Assembly: GCA_947458145.1 (NCBI GenBank)
Contig: CANGYM010000003.1
Span: 6,415 to 38,414, forward strand
DNA from: Alphaproteobacteria bacterium
Lineage (GTDB): Bacteria > Pseudomonadota > Alphaproteobacteria > JAJTHO01 > CANGYM01
DNA: 32,000 nt
Reading direction: 5' to 3'
Below, in pieces: positions 8,264 to 19,763 of the stretch (position 1 is the stretch's first letter; the number at the start of each line of letters is the position of its first letter). The translations under genes were made by a program, and so were the position numbers. The notes beneath the pieces are model-generated. The model had not been told where the DNA came from. It ran no database searches and was given only the letters and a program-made list of their open reading frames with translations.

Positions 8264-9241
8264 GTGTCTGGCACAGAGTTTCGGGATGATCAGGTTCTCG
8301 TGGTGGGGGCGGGTTTGGCGGGGGCTATGGTGGCCCATGCCCTTTCCCAGCGGGGTGTTTCTGTGGCGGTCTGGGAAAAATCCCCCCACCCCTTCACAGG
8401 GGGGGCGTCCCATCATCATGCCTGCGCCCTCTATCCTTTGATTCATGCGGCCCCTTGCGCTGAGGATGCTTTTTTCTTGCAGGCCTATGAATACGCCCTA
8501 AAAACTTTTTTGGGCCAACCGTTTTTTAATCCTGCCCCCCTGCGCCTACCCACGGGAAAACGACACAGTGCCCTTTGGCGGGATCATTTGGACATCAGGG
8601 GCAGCGGGACCTATCTCCTCAGCGGTGGGTGGGTGGATCCCATAGCGGCCTCTGCCCATTATTTGCAGGACATTCCTGTTTTTTATGGGGTGTCTTTTGA
8701 AGGGTTTCATGATGTTCCCGCATCAAAAGTTGTTTTTTCTGCGGGCTCCGGTATGCGGGATTGTTTTCCCCAGTGGGCGTGGCGTGTCACAGCGGGGCAG
8801 ACCGATTATGGCCATCGAGATGTGGGGGCAGAATCCGATAAAACCATTCTTTGCGAAGATGGTTTTATGATTCCCATGACAAAACATGTTGTGGCATGCG
8901 GGGGAACCTATCGCCCCCATCAGGCAGAAGCCCCTGTTTTGGCCGAAGATACCCAAAAAAACCTGTCAAAGCTGGAAAATATCGTGCCCCATCCAGACCT
9001 GAAACCCACCACGGGGGTGAGAATTCGGGGAAAAACAACCCTGCCCTGCGTTGGGTATGTGGATTTGGGGGGGCGGCTTGTATCCCTTTTGAAACAGGAA
9101 AATGTCCTGCCAAAAGATCATCCCAAACACTGGATTCTTTCTGGATTTGGATCACGGGGCATGGTCACCATTCCTTGGTCGGTGCATTGTCTGGTGTCCG
9201 CGATGCAGGGGGCAAAAAAAGACTTGCAATCGCCGGTGTAG
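8264..9241 (+). CDS. FAD-dependent oxidoreductase, MnmC C-terminal (DAO) domain-like, stand-alone
   Basis: GTG start; the first ATG would delete the dinucleotide-binding VLVVGAGLAGAM. GGASHHHACALYPLI resembles the MnmC GASGN..GALYPL block, recalled from memory. SGFGSRGM lies near the C-terminus. There is no N-terminal methyltransferase domain. Confidence 0.55.
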   Translation: MSGTEFRDDQVLVVGAGLAGAMVAHALSQRGVSVAVWEKSPHPFTGGASHHHACALYPLIHAAPCAEDAFFLQAYEYALKTFLGQPFFNPAPLRLPTGKRHSALWRDHLDIRGSGTYLLSGGWVDPIAASAHYLQDIPVFYGVSFEGFHDVPASKVVFSAGSGMRDCFPQWAWRVTAGQTDYGHRDVGAESDKTILCEDGFMIPMTKHVVACGGTYRPHQAEAPVLAEDTQKNLSKLENIVPHPDLKPTTGVRIRGKTTLPCVGYVDLGGRLVSLLKQENVLPKDHPKHWILSGFGSRGMVTIPWSVHCLVSAMQGAKKDLQSPV

Positions 9242-9287
9242 GCGTTACATAAGAACGACTTTCGTTTATGGATTTTAGTGTTCTGGT

Positions 9288-11363
9288 ATGTCTCGTCAAA
9301 CCCCTTTGGATCATTATCGTAACATCGGCATCATGGCCCACATTGATGCTGGCAAAACCACCACGACTGAGCGCGTTTTGTTTTACACGGGCCGCCAGCA
9401 CAACATTGGTGAGGTCCATGAGGGCAATGCCACCATGGATTGGATGGAACAAGAGCAAGAGCGTGGAATCACCATCACCTCGGCTGCCACAACCTGTTAC
9501 TGGGCCGGTCACCGGATCAATATCATTGACACACCAGGTCACGTGGATTTCACCATTGAGGTTGAGCGGTCCCTGCGTGTTTTGGACGGCGCTGTGGCCG
9601 TTTTTGACAGTGTAGCGGGTGTTGAGCCCCAGTCCGAAACCGTCTGGCGCCAAGCCGATAAATATAATGTCCCCCGTATGTGTTTTGTGAACAAGATGGA
9701 CCGCATCGGGGCGGATTTTTTCCGCTGCGTCGACATGATGGTGGACCGTTTGGGGGCTGTGCCCTTGGTTCTGCAGTTGCCCATCGGTGTGGAGTCTGAC
9801 TTTGTTGGTGTTGTGGATCTGATTAAAAATGTTGAGATTCACTGGTTGGAGGAAAGTTTGGGCGCCAAGTTTGAAGAGCGCCCCATTTCAGCCGCCTATA
9901 AAGACAAGGTCGCTGAATATCGGGAAAAACTGATTGAGCTGGCCGTGGAACAAGACGACGATGCCATGGAAAAATACTTGGCTGGGGAAGAGCCCAGCGC
10001 GGAAGTCCTAAGGGCCTGCATTCGTCGCGGAACCATTAAAAGCGTTTTTGTCCCTGTTTTGTGTGGATCCGCTTTTAAAAACAAGGGTGTTCAGCCGCTT
10101 CTGGATGCTGTGACGTATTATTTGCCTTCGCCTTTGGATATTGGGGACACCCAAGGCCTAAAGCCCGATTCCGATGATGCGGATGTGCGGAAGGCTTCTG
10201 ACGAAGAGCCCTTTTCCGGTTTGGCGTTTAAAATTATGACGGACCCGTTTGTGGGGTCCTTGACGTTTGTTCGGGTTTACTCGGGTAAAATTGAATCGGG
10301 CTCTTACGTTCAAAACACCACCAAAGATAAGCGGGAGCGCATCGGCCGGATGTTGCTGATGCATGCCAATTCCCGTGAGGAAATCAAAGAAGCCTACACC
10401 GGCGACATCGTGGCGTTGGTGGGAATGAAGGATACAACCACAGGGGATACGCTTTCGGATCAAAAATCCCCCATTATTCTGGAGCGCATGGAATTCCCAG
10501 ATCCCGTGATTGAGGTTGCTGTTGAGCCCAAAACCAAAGCCGATCAGGAAAAAATGTCCGTGGCTCTGGGTCGTTTGGCGACGGAGGATCCTTCGTTCCG
10601 TGTGTCTGTGGATCATGAATCCGGCCAGACGGTTATTAAGGGAATGGGCGAGCTGCACCTCGAAATCATCGTGGATCGTATGAAGCGGGAATTCAAGGTC
10701 GAGGCCAACGTGGGTGCCCCGCAGGTGGCCTACCGTGAAACCATTTCCAAAAAAGTCGAAATTGACTACACCCACAAGAAACAATCCGGGGGTGCCGGTC
10801 AGTTTGCCCGCGTGATTATGACCTTCGAGCCCCTGGAGCGCAGTGGTGGCTATGAATTTGTGAATAAAGTCATCGGGGGGTCCATTCCCAAGGAGTATAT
10901 TCCTGGTGTGGAAAAGGGTCTGATGTCTGCCAAAGACACAGGGGCCTTGGCCGGATTTCCTGTGGTGGATTTCAAGGTGACGTTGACAGAGGGCGCGTAT
11001 CACGATGTGGACTCTTCGACTTTGGCCTTTGAAATCGCTGGCCGCGCCGCCTTTCGTGAGGGGATGAGAAAGGCAGGAAGCCAGATCCTAGAGCCCATCA
11101 TGAACGTTGAGGTGGTGACACCAGAAGATTATATGGGTGATATCATTGGGGATTTGAACTCTCGTCGGGGTCAAGTTTCCGGTATGGACCAGCGGGGGAA
11201 CGCCCGCGTGATTAATGCAATGGTCCCCTTGTCAAATATGTTTGGATATGTTAATACCCTTCGCTCAATGAGCCAAGGCCGTGCCCAATTCACCATGGTC
11301 TTTCATCATTACGAGCCCGTCCCCAACGCGATCGCTGAAGAGATCGCAGCAAAACATTCTTAA
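9288..11363 (+). CDS. fusA: translation elongation factor G
   Basis: 691 aa. [17 protein letters not shown] is the G1 motif, followed by DTPGHVDF and NKMD. The EF-G architecture is full length. Confidence 0.98.
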   Translation: MSRQTPLDHYRNIGIMAHIDAGKTTTTERVLFYTGRQHNIGEVHEGNATMDWMEQEQERGITITSAATTCYWAGHRINIIDTPGHVDFTIEVERSLRVLDGAVAVFDSVAGVEPQSETVWRQADKYNVPRMCFVNKMDRIGADFFRCVDMMVDRLGAVPLVLQLPIGVESDFVGVVDLIKNVEIHWLEESLGAKFEERPISAAYKDKVAEYREKLIELAVEQDDDAMEKYLAGEEPSAEVLRACIRRGTIKSVFVPVLCGSAFKNKGVQPLLDAVTYYLPSPLDIGDTQGLKPDSDDADVRKASDEEPFSGLAFKIMTDPFVGSLTFVRVYSGKIESGSYVQNTTKDKRERIGRMLLMHANSREEIKEAYTGDIVALVGMKDTTTGDTLSDQKSPIILERMEFPDPVIEVAVEPKTKADQEKMSVALGRLATEDPSFRVSVDHESGQTVIKGMGELHLEIIVDRMKREFKVEANVGAPQVAYRETISKKVEIDYTHKKQSGGAGQFARVIMTFEPLERSGGYEFVNKVIGGSIPKEYIPGVEKGLMSAKDTGALAGFPVVDFKVTLTEGAYHDVDSSTLAFEIAGRAAFREGMRKAGSQILEPIMNVEVVTPEDYMGDIIGDLNSRRGQVSGMDQRGNARVINAMVPLSNMFGYVNTLRSMSQGRAQFTMVFHHYEPVPNAIAEEIAAKHS

Positions 11364-11394
11364 TGAAAAACTAACGAAAAAGGTAGGAAACACC

Positions 11395-12570
<1,176 letters not shown>

Positions 12571-12590
12571 AGCTCTTTACATACCCCGAA

Positions 12591-12619
12591 AGAGGCTGCA
12601 TAATGCGGCCTCTTTTTTT
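12591..12619 (+). terminator. rho-independent terminator/attenuator between tuf and rpsJ
   Basis: AGAGGCTGC (12591-12599), loop ATAAT, GCGGCCTCT (12605-12613): 9 bp including one G-U pair. A T-run follows through 12619. Confidence 0.7.
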
Positions 12620-12649
12620 CTGTGAACGTTGTGGATACGAGAATTAACT

Positions 12650-12979
12650 ATGGACGCACAAACCATTCGAGTGCACCTTCGGGCCTTTGATCACCGCATT
12701 TTGGACAAATCTGCTGAGCAGATTGTTGATACGGTGAAGCGCACGGGATCGAAGCTTCACGGCCCTGTTCCTTTGCCAACTCGTATTGAACGCTTCACGG
12801 TGTTGCGTTCGCCGCACGTGAACAAAAAATCCCGTGAACAGTTTGAAATGCGCACGCACAAACGGTTGATTGATATTTTGAGTCCCACCCCCCAGACGGT
12901 GGATGCTCTGATGAAGTTAGAGCTCCCTTCAGGGGTTGATGTCCAAATTAAGCTGACGCCCATGGGCGCGGTGGCTTAA
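12650..12979 (+). CDS. rpsJ: 30S ribosomal protein S10
   Basis: [14 protein letters not shown]...[40 protein letters not shown] chose the ATG at 12650 over the track TTG at 12629. Confidence 0.97.
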   Translation: MDAQTIRVHLRAFDHRILDKSAEQIVDTVKRTGSKLHGPVPLPTRIERFTVLRSPHVNKKSREQFEMRTHKRLIDILSPTPQTVDALMKLELPSGVDVQIKLTPMGAVA

Positions 12980-12991
12980 GGAGAAGGTACC

Positions 12992-13768
12992 ATGACAAAG
13001 CGTACAGGTTTGATTGCTAAAAAACTGGGGATGACCCGTCGGTTCTCTGCCGCTGGTGTCTCCTCGGCTGTGACGGTGCTCAGCTTAGAGGGCTGCCAAG
13101 TGATTGGTCAGCGGACTCAGGATCGTGACGGATATACGGCGGTTGTTTTGGGTGCTGGGGATCGTCGTGCTTCCCGCGTGAACAAAGCGCAGCGTGTTCA
13201 GTACGCCAACGCCAATCTTTCCCCCAAGGCCATTGTTCGCGAATTTCGTGTTGAAGCGCAGGCTTTCCTCGATGTGGGGTCAGTTCTTCAGGCCGATCAC
13301 TTTGTTGTGGGTCAAAAAGTTGATGTGGTTGGAACATCCGTCGGTAAAGGTTTTGCCGGTGCCATGAAGCGTCACAATTTTGGTGGTCTGCGGGCGTCCC
13401 ATGGGGTGTCCATCAGTCACCGTTCCCATGGATCCACGGGTCAGCGTCAGGATCCTGGAAAGGTTTTCAAGGGCAAGAAAATGGCCGGTCACATGGGGGA
13501 TGTGCGCGTCACCCAGCAGAATTTAGAGATTTTGGAAACCGATGTGGCCCGTGGCTTGGTGTTTGTTAAAGGCAGCATCCCCGGCGCAACAAATAGTTTT
13601 GTTTTGATTCAGGATGCGGTGAAGTGCCCGTCTCAGGATCTGCCCTTCCCTGGGTCCGTGGCGTCTACTGCCCCTACTCAGGATGTTCAGGCCGCTTCCT
13701 CTGAATCCGAGAGTGGTGTTTCTGATGCTGCCTCAAGTGACACCCCTGGTGATACGTTAGAAAGTTAA
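12992..13768 (+). CDS. rplC: 50S ribosomal protein L3 (with acidic Ser-rich C-terminal tail)
   Basis: The [12 protein letters not shown]-terminus, [12 protein letters not shown] and [25 protein letters not shown] mark L3. About 35 extra C-terminal residues follow. Confidence 0.96.
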   Translation: MTKRTGLIAKKLGMTRRFSAAGVSSAVTVLSLEGCQVIGQRTQDRDGYTAVVLGAGDRRASRVNKAQRVQYANANLSPKAIVREFRVEAQAFLDVGSVLQADHFVVGQKVDVVGTSVGKGFAGAMKRHNFGGLRASHGVSISHRSHGSTGQRQDPGKVFKGKKMAGHMGDVRVTQQNLEILETDVARGLVFVKGSIPGATNSFVLIQDAVKCPSQDLPFPGSVASTAPTQDVQAASSESESGVSDAASSDTPGDTLES

Positions 13769-13778
13769 GAGTCGTTTT

Positions 13779-14405
13779 ATGCACTACGCCTTGCTTACAG
13801 GACCTGATTTTAAATCCACGGATGTGGCGTTGAGAGACGATGTGTTCGCCCTCTCTCCCCTGCGGCCGGATATCATTGCCCGTGTGGTTCAGTGGCAGTT
13901 GGACAAACGCCGTTCGGGATGTCACAAAACCAAAGGCATTTCCGAGATCCAAGGGACCACCAAAAAGCCCTATAAACAAAAAGGCACGGGAAATGCCCGT
14001 CAGGGGTCTTTGCGTTCCCCCCAATACCGTGGTGGTGCCACAATTTTCGGCCCTGTGGTTCGGGATCATGGTTATTCTTTGAACAAAAAGATACGGGTTC
14101 TGGGATTGAAGCACGCGCTTTCCTCCAAGTGTCAGGATCAGTCGCTGGTTCTCATCGATGGATATCCTGCTTTTGAAAAAGCTAAGGATGCGTCGGCGTG
14201 GGCCAAAAAACTTGGGTTGGTTAAGCCATTGTTCGTTGTCAATCAGGCGGACATGGACGCCCCTTTTGTCAGGGCTTTGCGCAACCTGAAAGACGTTCGC
14301 CTGCTGGCGCTGGAGGGGCTGAACGTTTACAGTTTGCTTCAGGCCCGTCATGTTGTTCTCACGGCAGCCGCCAAAGACGCTATTGAGCAGAGGTTTTCGT
14401 TATGA
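13779..14405 (+). CDS. rplD: 50S ribosomal protein L4
   Basis: KPYKQKGTGNARQGSLRSPQYRGGATIFGP, plus its position in the S10 operon. Confidence 0.96.
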   Translation: MHYALLTGPDFKSTDVALRDDVFALSPLRPDIIARVVQWQLDKRRSGCHKTKGISEIQGTTKKPYKQKGTGNARQGSLRSPQYRGGATIFGPVVRDHGYSLNKKIRVLGLKHALSSKCQDQSLVLIDGYPAFEKAKDASAWAKKLGLVKPLFVVNQADMDAPFVRALRNLKDVRLLALEGLNVYSLLQARHVVLTAAAKDAIEQRFSL

Positions 14406-14725
14406 AGCAAGGTTTATTGTCCACGAAAAAGAGAAAAATCAGCTCTTTTGACATTTTGCGTCGTCCCATTGTGACGGAAAAATCCACGTTGCAAGGAGAA
14501 GTCGGCAACAAGGTGGTTTTTGAGGTTTTGCCTGGCGCCACCAAAAACGACGTTAAGCTGGCCATGAAAGAGGTCTTTTCCGTGACCGTTGAAAAGGTGA
14601 ACATGATTCGCCTGCCCGCCAAAACAAAGCGGTTCAAGGGCGTGGTTGGGCAGCGCAACGCGATAAAAAAGGCCATTATCACCTTAAAAGACGGTGAAAC
14701 CCTTAACTTTTTTGATGGAGTCTAG
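14402..14725 (+). CDS. rplW: 50S ribosomal protein L23
   Basis: ILRRPIVTEKST...VVFEV...ATKNDVKLAMKEVFSVTVEKVN. A 4-nt overlap links it to rplD. Confidence 0.95.
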   Translation: MKQGLLSTKKRKISSFDILRRPIVTEKSTLQGEVGNKVVFEVLPGATKNDVKLAMKEVFSVTVEKVNMIRLPAKTKRFKGVVGQRNAIKKAIITLKDGETLNFFDGV

Positions 14726-14728
14726 ATC

Positions 14729-15556
14729 ATGGCCTTAAAAGCCTATAAACCCATTACCCCTGGAACGCGTGGCCTGATTCTTTCCACCTCTTCCGATCTT
14801 TGGAAGGGGCGCCCTGAAAAGAGCTTGGTTTCTGGTATTTCCTCAACAGGGGGTCGTAACAATCTGGGCCGCATGACGAATCGCAACATCGGTTCCCGTC
14901 ACAAGCGTCTGTACCGCCAAGTTGATTTTAAACGCGTTAAGCGGGATATCGTGGGCACGGTGGAGCGATTGGAATACGATCCCAACCGTACCGCCTATAT
15001 CGCCTTGATTGTTTATGAAGATGGGGAAAAGGCTTATATCTTAGCCCCCCAAAAGCTGAAAGCTGGCGATAAAGTTTTGGCTGGTGAAAAGGCCGATATC
15101 CGCGTGGGTAATGCCCTGCCCTTGGCCAACATTCCCTTGGGGACTGTGGTTCACAATGTTGAAATGAAGCCTGGCAAAGGTGGTCAGCTTGCCCGCAGTG
15201 CCGGGGCTTCGGTTCAGTTGGTGGCTCGGGATCAGGGGTATGCTCAGCTGCGTCTCTCTTCGGGTGAGGTTCGCCTTGTTCTTTCGTCGTGTTATGCCAC
15301 GGTTGGGATGGTTTCCAACCCCGACCACCAGAACGAAGTTTTGGGAAAAGCTGGCCGGAATCGCTGGAGAGGTCGTCGCCCCCATGTTCGTGGTGTAGCT
15401 ATGAACCCTGTGGATCACCCGCATGGTGGTGGTGAAGGAAAAACATCCGGTGGTCGTCACCCCGTGACACCGTGGGGAAAATCCACCAAAGGAAAACGGA
15501 CGCGCCGCAACAAGGCCACGTCTAAGTATATTGTTAAACGACGCTATCAGAAATAA
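14729..15556 (+). CDS. rplB: 50S ribosomal protein L2
   Basis: 275 aa. [10 protein letters not shown]...[12 protein letters not shown] and [26 protein letters not shown]. Confidence 0.97.
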   Translation: MALKAYKPITPGTRGLILSTSSDLWKGRPEKSLVSGISSTGGRNNLGRMTNRNIGSRHKRLYRQVDFKRVKRDIVGTVERLEYDPNRTAYIALIVYEDGEKAYILAPQKLKAGDKVLAGEKADIRVGNALPLANIPLGTVVHNVEMKPGKGGQLARSAGASVQLVARDQGYAQLRLSSGEVRLVLSSCYATVGMVSNPDHQNEVLGKAGRNRWRGRRPHVRGVAMNPVDHPHGGGEGKTSGGRHPVTPWGKSTKGKRTRRNKATSKYIVKRRYQK

Positions 15557-15575
15557 GAAATAAAGGACACTGTCT

Positions 15576-15854
15576 ATGCCTCGGTCTGTTTGGAAAGGTC
15601 CCTTTGTTGACGGGTACTTGATTGATAAAGCGGCTAAAGTTTCATCTTCGGGCCGTCGGGATATCATCAAGACTTGGTCGCGCCGCTCAACCATTCTCCC
15701 CAACTTTGTGGGATTAACGTTTGGTGTTTACAATGGTAAAAAGTTTGTGCCTGTGACGGTGAATGAAGATATGATCGGCCACAAGTTGGGCGAATTTGCC
15801 CCCACGCGGACCTTTTTAGGCCACGGCGCGGATAAAAAAGCGAAAAAGAAATAG
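15576..15854 (+). CDS. rpsS: 30S ribosomal protein S19
   Basis: [12 protein letters not shown]...[25 protein letters not shown]. Confidence 0.97.
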   Translation: MPRSVWKGPFVDGYLIDKAAKVSSSGRRDIIKTWSRRSTILPNFVGLTFGVYNGKKFVPVTVNEDMIGHKLGEFAPTRTFLGHGADKKAKKK

Positions 15855-15863
15855 GTTGTTTTT

Positions 15864-16208
15864 ATGAGCCGTCTTGTCCAAGCTATGAACACTGTTGTGC
15901 GCAGCAGTCCACAAAAACTGAATGTTGTTGCGGGCAGTATCCGCCGTAAACATGTTCAGGATGCTATTCATATCCTTAACTTTTCCCAAAAGCGTGTGGC
16001 GGATGTCATTTTAAAGACACTGAACTCTGCCATCGCCAACGCCGAACACAACCATGGTTTGGATGTGGATCGGTTGTATGTCAAAGAGGCTTTTGTGGGA
16101 AAAAGCTTGGTTATGAAACGTTTTCGGGCCCGTGCCCGTGGCCGTGGGGCTCGTATTATGAAGCCTGTCAGTCGTATCACCGTTATTCTGGCAGAAGAGG
16201 AGATTTAG
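15864..16208 (+). CDS. rplV: 50S ribosomal protein L22
   Basis: 114 aa. [20 protein letters not shown]...[15 protein letters not shown]...[15 protein letters not shown]. Confidence 0.95.
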   Translation: MSRLVQAMNTVVRSSPQKLNVVAGSIRRKHVQDAIHILNFSQKRVADVILKTLNSAIANAEHNHGLDVDRLYVKEAFVGKSLVMKRFRARARGRGARIMKPVSRITVILAEEEI

Positions 16209-16211
16209 GTT

Positions 16212-16871
16212 ATGGGTCAGAAAGTTAACCCCATCGGGTTCCGTTTGAAAATCAACAAAGACTGGGATTCCCGCTGGTTTGCCGGCAAGTCTTATCAGGA
16301 AACCTTGCTTCAGGATCTTGAGATCCGCAAGTATTTGGAAAAGCGCCTGAAGTCTGCCTATATCAGCAAGATTGTGATTGAGCGTCCGGCGAATAAGCCC
16401 ATCGTAAATCTTTACTCGGGTCGTCCTGGACTGATCATTGGTAAAAAAGGCACAGACATTGAATTGCTCCGCAAAGATTTAGCCAAGTTTTTGGGTCGTG
16501 ATGTTCAAATCAACATCGTTGAAATCCGCAAGCCTGAAATCGAAGCCAAGCTGGTGGCCCAAAACGTTGCGTCTCAGTTGGAAAAACGGGTGGCGTTTCG
16601 TCGTGCGATGCGTCGCGTGGTCCAGTCTGCCTTGCGTTTCGGCGCCGAGGGCATTCGGATTAACTGCAGTGGTCGTTTGGGGGGCGCGGAAATCGCCCGT
16701 ATGGAATGGTATCGTGAAGGTCGGGTTCCCCTTCACACCCTGCGTGCCGATATCGACTATGGGGAAGCAGAGGCTTTGACAACCTACGGCGTTATTGGTA
16801 TTAAGGTCTGGATTTACAAAGGTGAAATTCTCAAAGATGGCGAGCGCGAAGATCTGCGCACCGCCGCATAG
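16212..16871 (+). CDS. rpsC: 30S ribosomal protein S3
   Basis: The [13 protein letters not shown]-terminus, a KH domain and [30 protein letters not shown]. Confidence 0.97.
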   Translation: MGQKVNPIGFRLKINKDWDSRWFAGKSYQETLLQDLEIRKYLEKRLKSAYISKIVIERPANKPIVNLYSGRPGLIIGKKGTDIELLRKDLAKFLGRDVQINIVEIRKPEIEAKLVAQNVASQLEKRVAFRRAMRRVVQSALRFGAEGIRINCSGRLGGAEIARMEWYREGRVPLHTLRADIDYGEAEALTTYGVIGIKVWIYKGEILKDGEREDLRTAA

Positions 16872-16892
16872 ATAACCACAACGGAGTTAGGC

Positions 16893-17309
16893 ATGTTTAG
16901 CCCTAAAAAAACGAAGTATCGTAAAGCCCATAAGGGACGGATCAAAGGCGAGACCAAAGCCGGTGATCGCCTGAACTTTGGCCAGTTTGGTTTAAAAGCT
17001 TTGGCTGCGGATCGGATCACGGCCCGCCAAATCGAGGCCGCTCGTCGGGCCATCACCCGTCATTTGCGTCGTGCCGGTAAACTTTGGATCCGCGTGTTTC
17101 CAGATTTGCCTGTTTCCCGCAAGCCTGCTGAAGTTCGTATGGGAAGTGGAAAAGGAACCCCAGAGTTCTGGGCTTGTCGTGTTGCCCCTGGGCGCATTCT
17201 TTTTGAAATTGAGGGTGTGTCAGAAGAGCAAGCTCGCGAGGCCTTTGCTTTGGCGCACGCCAAACTGCCCATTCAGTCAAAATTTGTTAAACGCCTGCCG
17301 TGTGAGTAG
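16893..17309 (+). CDS. rplP: 50S ribosomal protein L16
   Basis: [16 protein letters not shown]...[13 protein letters not shown]. Confidence 0.97.
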   Translation: MFSPKKTKYRKAHKGRIKGETKAGDRLNFGQFGLKALAADRITARQIEAARRAITRHLRRAGKLWIRVFPDLPVSRKPAEVRMGSGKGTPEFWACRVAPGRILFEIEGVSEEQAREAFALAHAKLPIQSKFVKRLPCE

Positions 17310-17314
17310 AGATT

Positions 17315-17515
17315 ATGAAATTGTCGGAACGAAAGGCCGCGTTGTTGCGGGGCAAAACCAAAGATGAACTGACCGACATGCTGCGTCACTGTCAGCGTGA
17401 TTTGATGAGCATGCGCTTTAAAAAGAAAAGTGGTGGTGTCGAAAACACCAATCGCTTTCGTTTTGTGCGTCGCCGGATTGCTCAGATTAAGACCCTGTTG
17501 AATAACCCTGCCTAA
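17315..17515 (+). CDS. rpmC: 50S ribosomal protein L29
   Basis: 66 aa. ELTDMLRHCQRDLMSMRFKK...RRRIAQIKTLL, plus operon position. Confidence 0.93.
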   Translation: MKLSERKAALLRGKTKDELTDMLRHCQRDLMSMRFKKKSGGVENTNRFRFVRRRIAQIKTLLNNPA

Positions 17516-17527
17516 AGGATCGTTGTT

Positions 17528-17788
17528 ATGCCCCGTCGTGTGATGCAAGGTGTTGTTGTGAAGGACGCTAAAGATAAAACCATCAGCGTGTTGGTTGAGC
17601 GTTCCGTCAAACACCCTGTTTATAAAAAGTATGTTAAGCGTTCCAAGAAATTCTTGGCCCATGATGAAACCAACCGTTCCCGTCAGGGCGATGTTGTTTC
17701 CATTGTGGAGTCCCGCCCTCTTTCCAAAAGAAAAACCTGGGTCTTAGTTGAGGATGCAGGTTCAGCCCACCAAGGAGTTTCCTCATGA
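17528..17788 (+). CDS. rpsQ: 30S ribosomal protein S17
   Basis: [42 protein letters not shown]...[16 protein letters not shown]. Confidence 0.96.
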   Translation: MPRRVMQGVVVKDAKDKTISVLVERSVKHPVYKKYVKRSKKFLAHDETNRSRQGDVVSIVESRPLSKRKTWVLVEDAGSAHQGVSS

Positions 17789-18153
17789 TCCAAATGCAAA
17801 CCCGCCTGGATGTTGCGGATAACTCTGGGGCGAAGACTGTCATGTGCGTGAAGGTTTTGGGCGGCTCTAAAAAGAGAACCGCTGAAATCGGCGACGTTAT
17901 TGTGGTGTCCGTTAAAGATGCCATTCCTCGGGGTAAGGTCAAAAAAGGGGACGTTCACCGTGCCTTGGTCGTGCGTACCCGTTTTGGTGTTCGTCGCCCC
18001 GATGATTCCCTGATCCGTTTTGATAACAATGCTGTTGTCATCATCAACAAGCAGGGCGAGCCCGTGGGAACCCGTATTTTTGGCCCCGTAACGCGGGAGC
18101 TGCGTTCAAAAAATTACATGAAAATTATATCTTTGGCCCCGGAGGTCCTATAA
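17785..18153 (+). CDS. rplN: 50S ribosomal protein L14
   Basis: [17 protein letters not shown]...; 122 aa. A 4-nt overlap links it to rpsQ. Confidence 0.98.
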   Translation: MIQMQTRLDVADNSGAKTVMCVKVLGGSKKRTAEIGDVIVVSVKDAIPRGKVKKGDVHRALVVRTRFGVRRPDDSLIRFDNNAVVIINKQGEPVGTRIFGPVTRELRSKNYMKIISLAPEVL

Positions 18154-18155
18154 CA

Positions 18156-18476
18156 ATGAAACAGAAAGTCAAAATTAAGCGGGATGATACCGTTGTTGTG
18201 CTTTCCGGAAAGGATAAGGGCAAGCGCGGTAAGGTTTTAAAGGTCCTGCCGTCCGAAAATAAGCTGGTTGTGGATGGCGTCAATGTTGTCACCAAACACA
18301 AAAAGCCCACACAGTTGGATGCCGGTGGTATTCGTCGTTTTGAGAAGGCCATTGACGTTTCCAATGTCGCCATTTTGGATCCTAAGTTGGACGTTCCCAC
18401 CCGCGTGGGCTATAAGGTCATCGATGGCAAGAAGGTCCGTTATGCGAAAAAGTCAGGAGAAGTGATCGATGGTTGA
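18156..18476 (+). CDS. rplX: 50S ribosomal protein L24
   Basis: [25 protein letters not shown] is the KOW motif. Confidence 0.96.
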   Translation: MKQKVKIKRDDTVVVLSGKDKGKRGKVLKVLPSENKLVVDGVNVVTKHKKPTQLDAGGIRRFEKAIDVSNVAILDPKLDVPTRVGYKVIDGKKVRYAKKSGEVIDG

Positions 18477-19020
18477 GACTCAGCCCCGTTTGAAACAACA
18501 GTATCTTCAAGACATTCGTCCGGCTCTGATGAAAGAGCTTGGCTTGTCCAACGTGATGCAAGCCCCCCGTTTGGAAAAAATCGTCATCAACGTTGGTTTT
18601 GGCGATGCCGTTCAGGACAGCAAAAAATTGGACAAGGTTGTGGCGGACCTCGCCCTTTTGGCCGGTCAGAAACCCGTCATCACCCGTGCCAAGAAATCCA
18701 TTGCCACGTTTAAAGTCCGTGAGGGCATGGTGATGGGGTGCAAAGTGACCCTGCGCCGTGAACGGATGTATGAATTTATGGATCGCTTGGTGACCATCGC
18801 CATGCCCCGTATCCGAGATTTCCGTGGGATTTCAGGTAAATCTTTTGATGCCCAAGGCAACTATGCCATGGGGATTAAAGAGCACATTATCTTTCCCGAA
18901 ATTGACTATGATAAGATTGACAAAGTTTTTGGAATGGATATAGTCCTCGTTTCAAGCAGTAACCGCGCGGATCACACCAAGGCCTTGCTGAAGGCTTTTG
19001 GTTTTCCGTTTTATAATTAA
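18469..19020 (+). CDS. rplE: 50S ribosomal protein L5
   Basis: [37 protein letters not shown]. The ATG at 18469 overlaps the rplX end by 8 nt. Confidence 0.97.
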   Translation: MVETQPRLKQQYLQDIRPALMKELGLSNVMQAPRLEKIVINVGFGDAVQDSKKLDKVVADLALLAGQKPVITRAKKSIATFKVREGMVMGCKVTLRRERMYEFMDRLVTIAMPRIRDFRGISGKSFDAQGNYAMGIKEHIIFPEIDYDKIDKVFGMDIVLVSSSNRADHTKALLKAFGFPFYN

Positions 19021-19034
19021 AGTGAGACCTGTTC

Positions 19035-19340
19035 ATGGCTAAACTGTGCATGAAAGAACGTGATAAGAGTCGTCGACGCAAGACCGAAAATGCCTTGGTC
19101 CGTCGCACAGCTCTTGTGGCAAAAGTAAAAGACCGCTCTCTTCCCATGGAAGATCGCCTGATGGCCGTGCGTAAGCTGTCCGAAATGCCCAGAAACTCGG
19201 CGAAAGTGCGTATTCGCAATCGCTGCGCTTTAACGGGCCGTTCTCGCGGCGTTTATCGTAAATTCGGTTTGTCTCGTATTAAATTGCGGGAACTGGCTTC
19301 TGCGGGTCAGCTTCCTGGTGTTGTAAAATCAAGTTGGTAA
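19035..19340 (+). CDS. rpsN: 30S ribosomal protein S14 (long, non-zinc form)
   Basis: 101 aa ending [41 protein letters not shown]. There are no CxxC pairs. Confidence 0.96.
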   Translation: MAKLCMKERDKSRRRKTENALVRRTALVAKVKDRSLPMEDRLMAVRKLSEMPRNSAKVRIRNRCALTGRSRGVYRKFGLSRIKLRELASAGQLPGVVKSSW

Positions 19341-19346
19341 GCCATT

Positions 19347-19745
19347 ATGACCATGACCGATCCTATTGGGGCTATGTTAACAACCCTTCGCAATGGTGCT
19401 GCGGCGAAAAAGACGCAGGTCGCTGTGCCGGCGTCCCGTTTGAAGCAATCCATTTTGGATGTTTTGAAACGTGAAGGCTACATCCGCGGCTATGAAGTTC
19501 GGGATGTTCGTCCCCGTGTTCAAGAGATCGTTGTGGAGCTGAAGTATTATCAGGGCCAGCCTGTGATCAAAGAGATTTCTCGTGAATCCAAGCCCAGCCG
19601 CCGCGTGTATTGCGGGGCTTCGGGTATGCCCAAGGTCCACAATGGTCTGGGTATTGGTATTGTTTCAACATCTTTGGGCATTTTTTCTGACGCCGAGGCC
19701 CGCAAAGCGGGATTAGGCGGCGAATGGATTTGCACTGTATTTTAA
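19347..19745 (+). CDS. rpsH: 30S ribosomal protein S8
   Basis: DPIGAMLTTLRNG...GLGIGIVSTSLGIFSDAEARKAGLGGEWICTVF. Confidence 0.97.
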   Translation: MTMTDPIGAMLTTLRNGAAAKKTQVAVPASRLKQSILDVLKREGYIRGYEVRDVRPRVQEIVVELKYYQGQPVIKEISRESKPSRRVYCGASGMPKVHNGLGIGIVSTSLGIFSDAEARKAGLGGEWICTVF

Positions 19746-19763
19746 ATTGTGGAGTTTTGTGCT

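Noticed and set aside
11281-11394. N-terminal extensions suggested by the ORF track: tuf from 11281, rpsJ from TTG 12629, rplF from GTG 19749, bamE from 6215 and ispA from TTG 6284.
   Set aside because: The conserved N-termini ([28 protein letters not shown], the MKRF signal peptide) begin at internal ATGs with better spacing to purine-rich motifs. The extensions overlap upstream genes or regulatory hairpins.
13674-15703. Antisense ORFs opposite rplD (13674-14351, 225 aa) and rplB/rpsS (15041-15703, 220 aa).
   Set aside because: Same reasoning: they are shadow frames of ribosomal protein genes with no independent start context or motifs.
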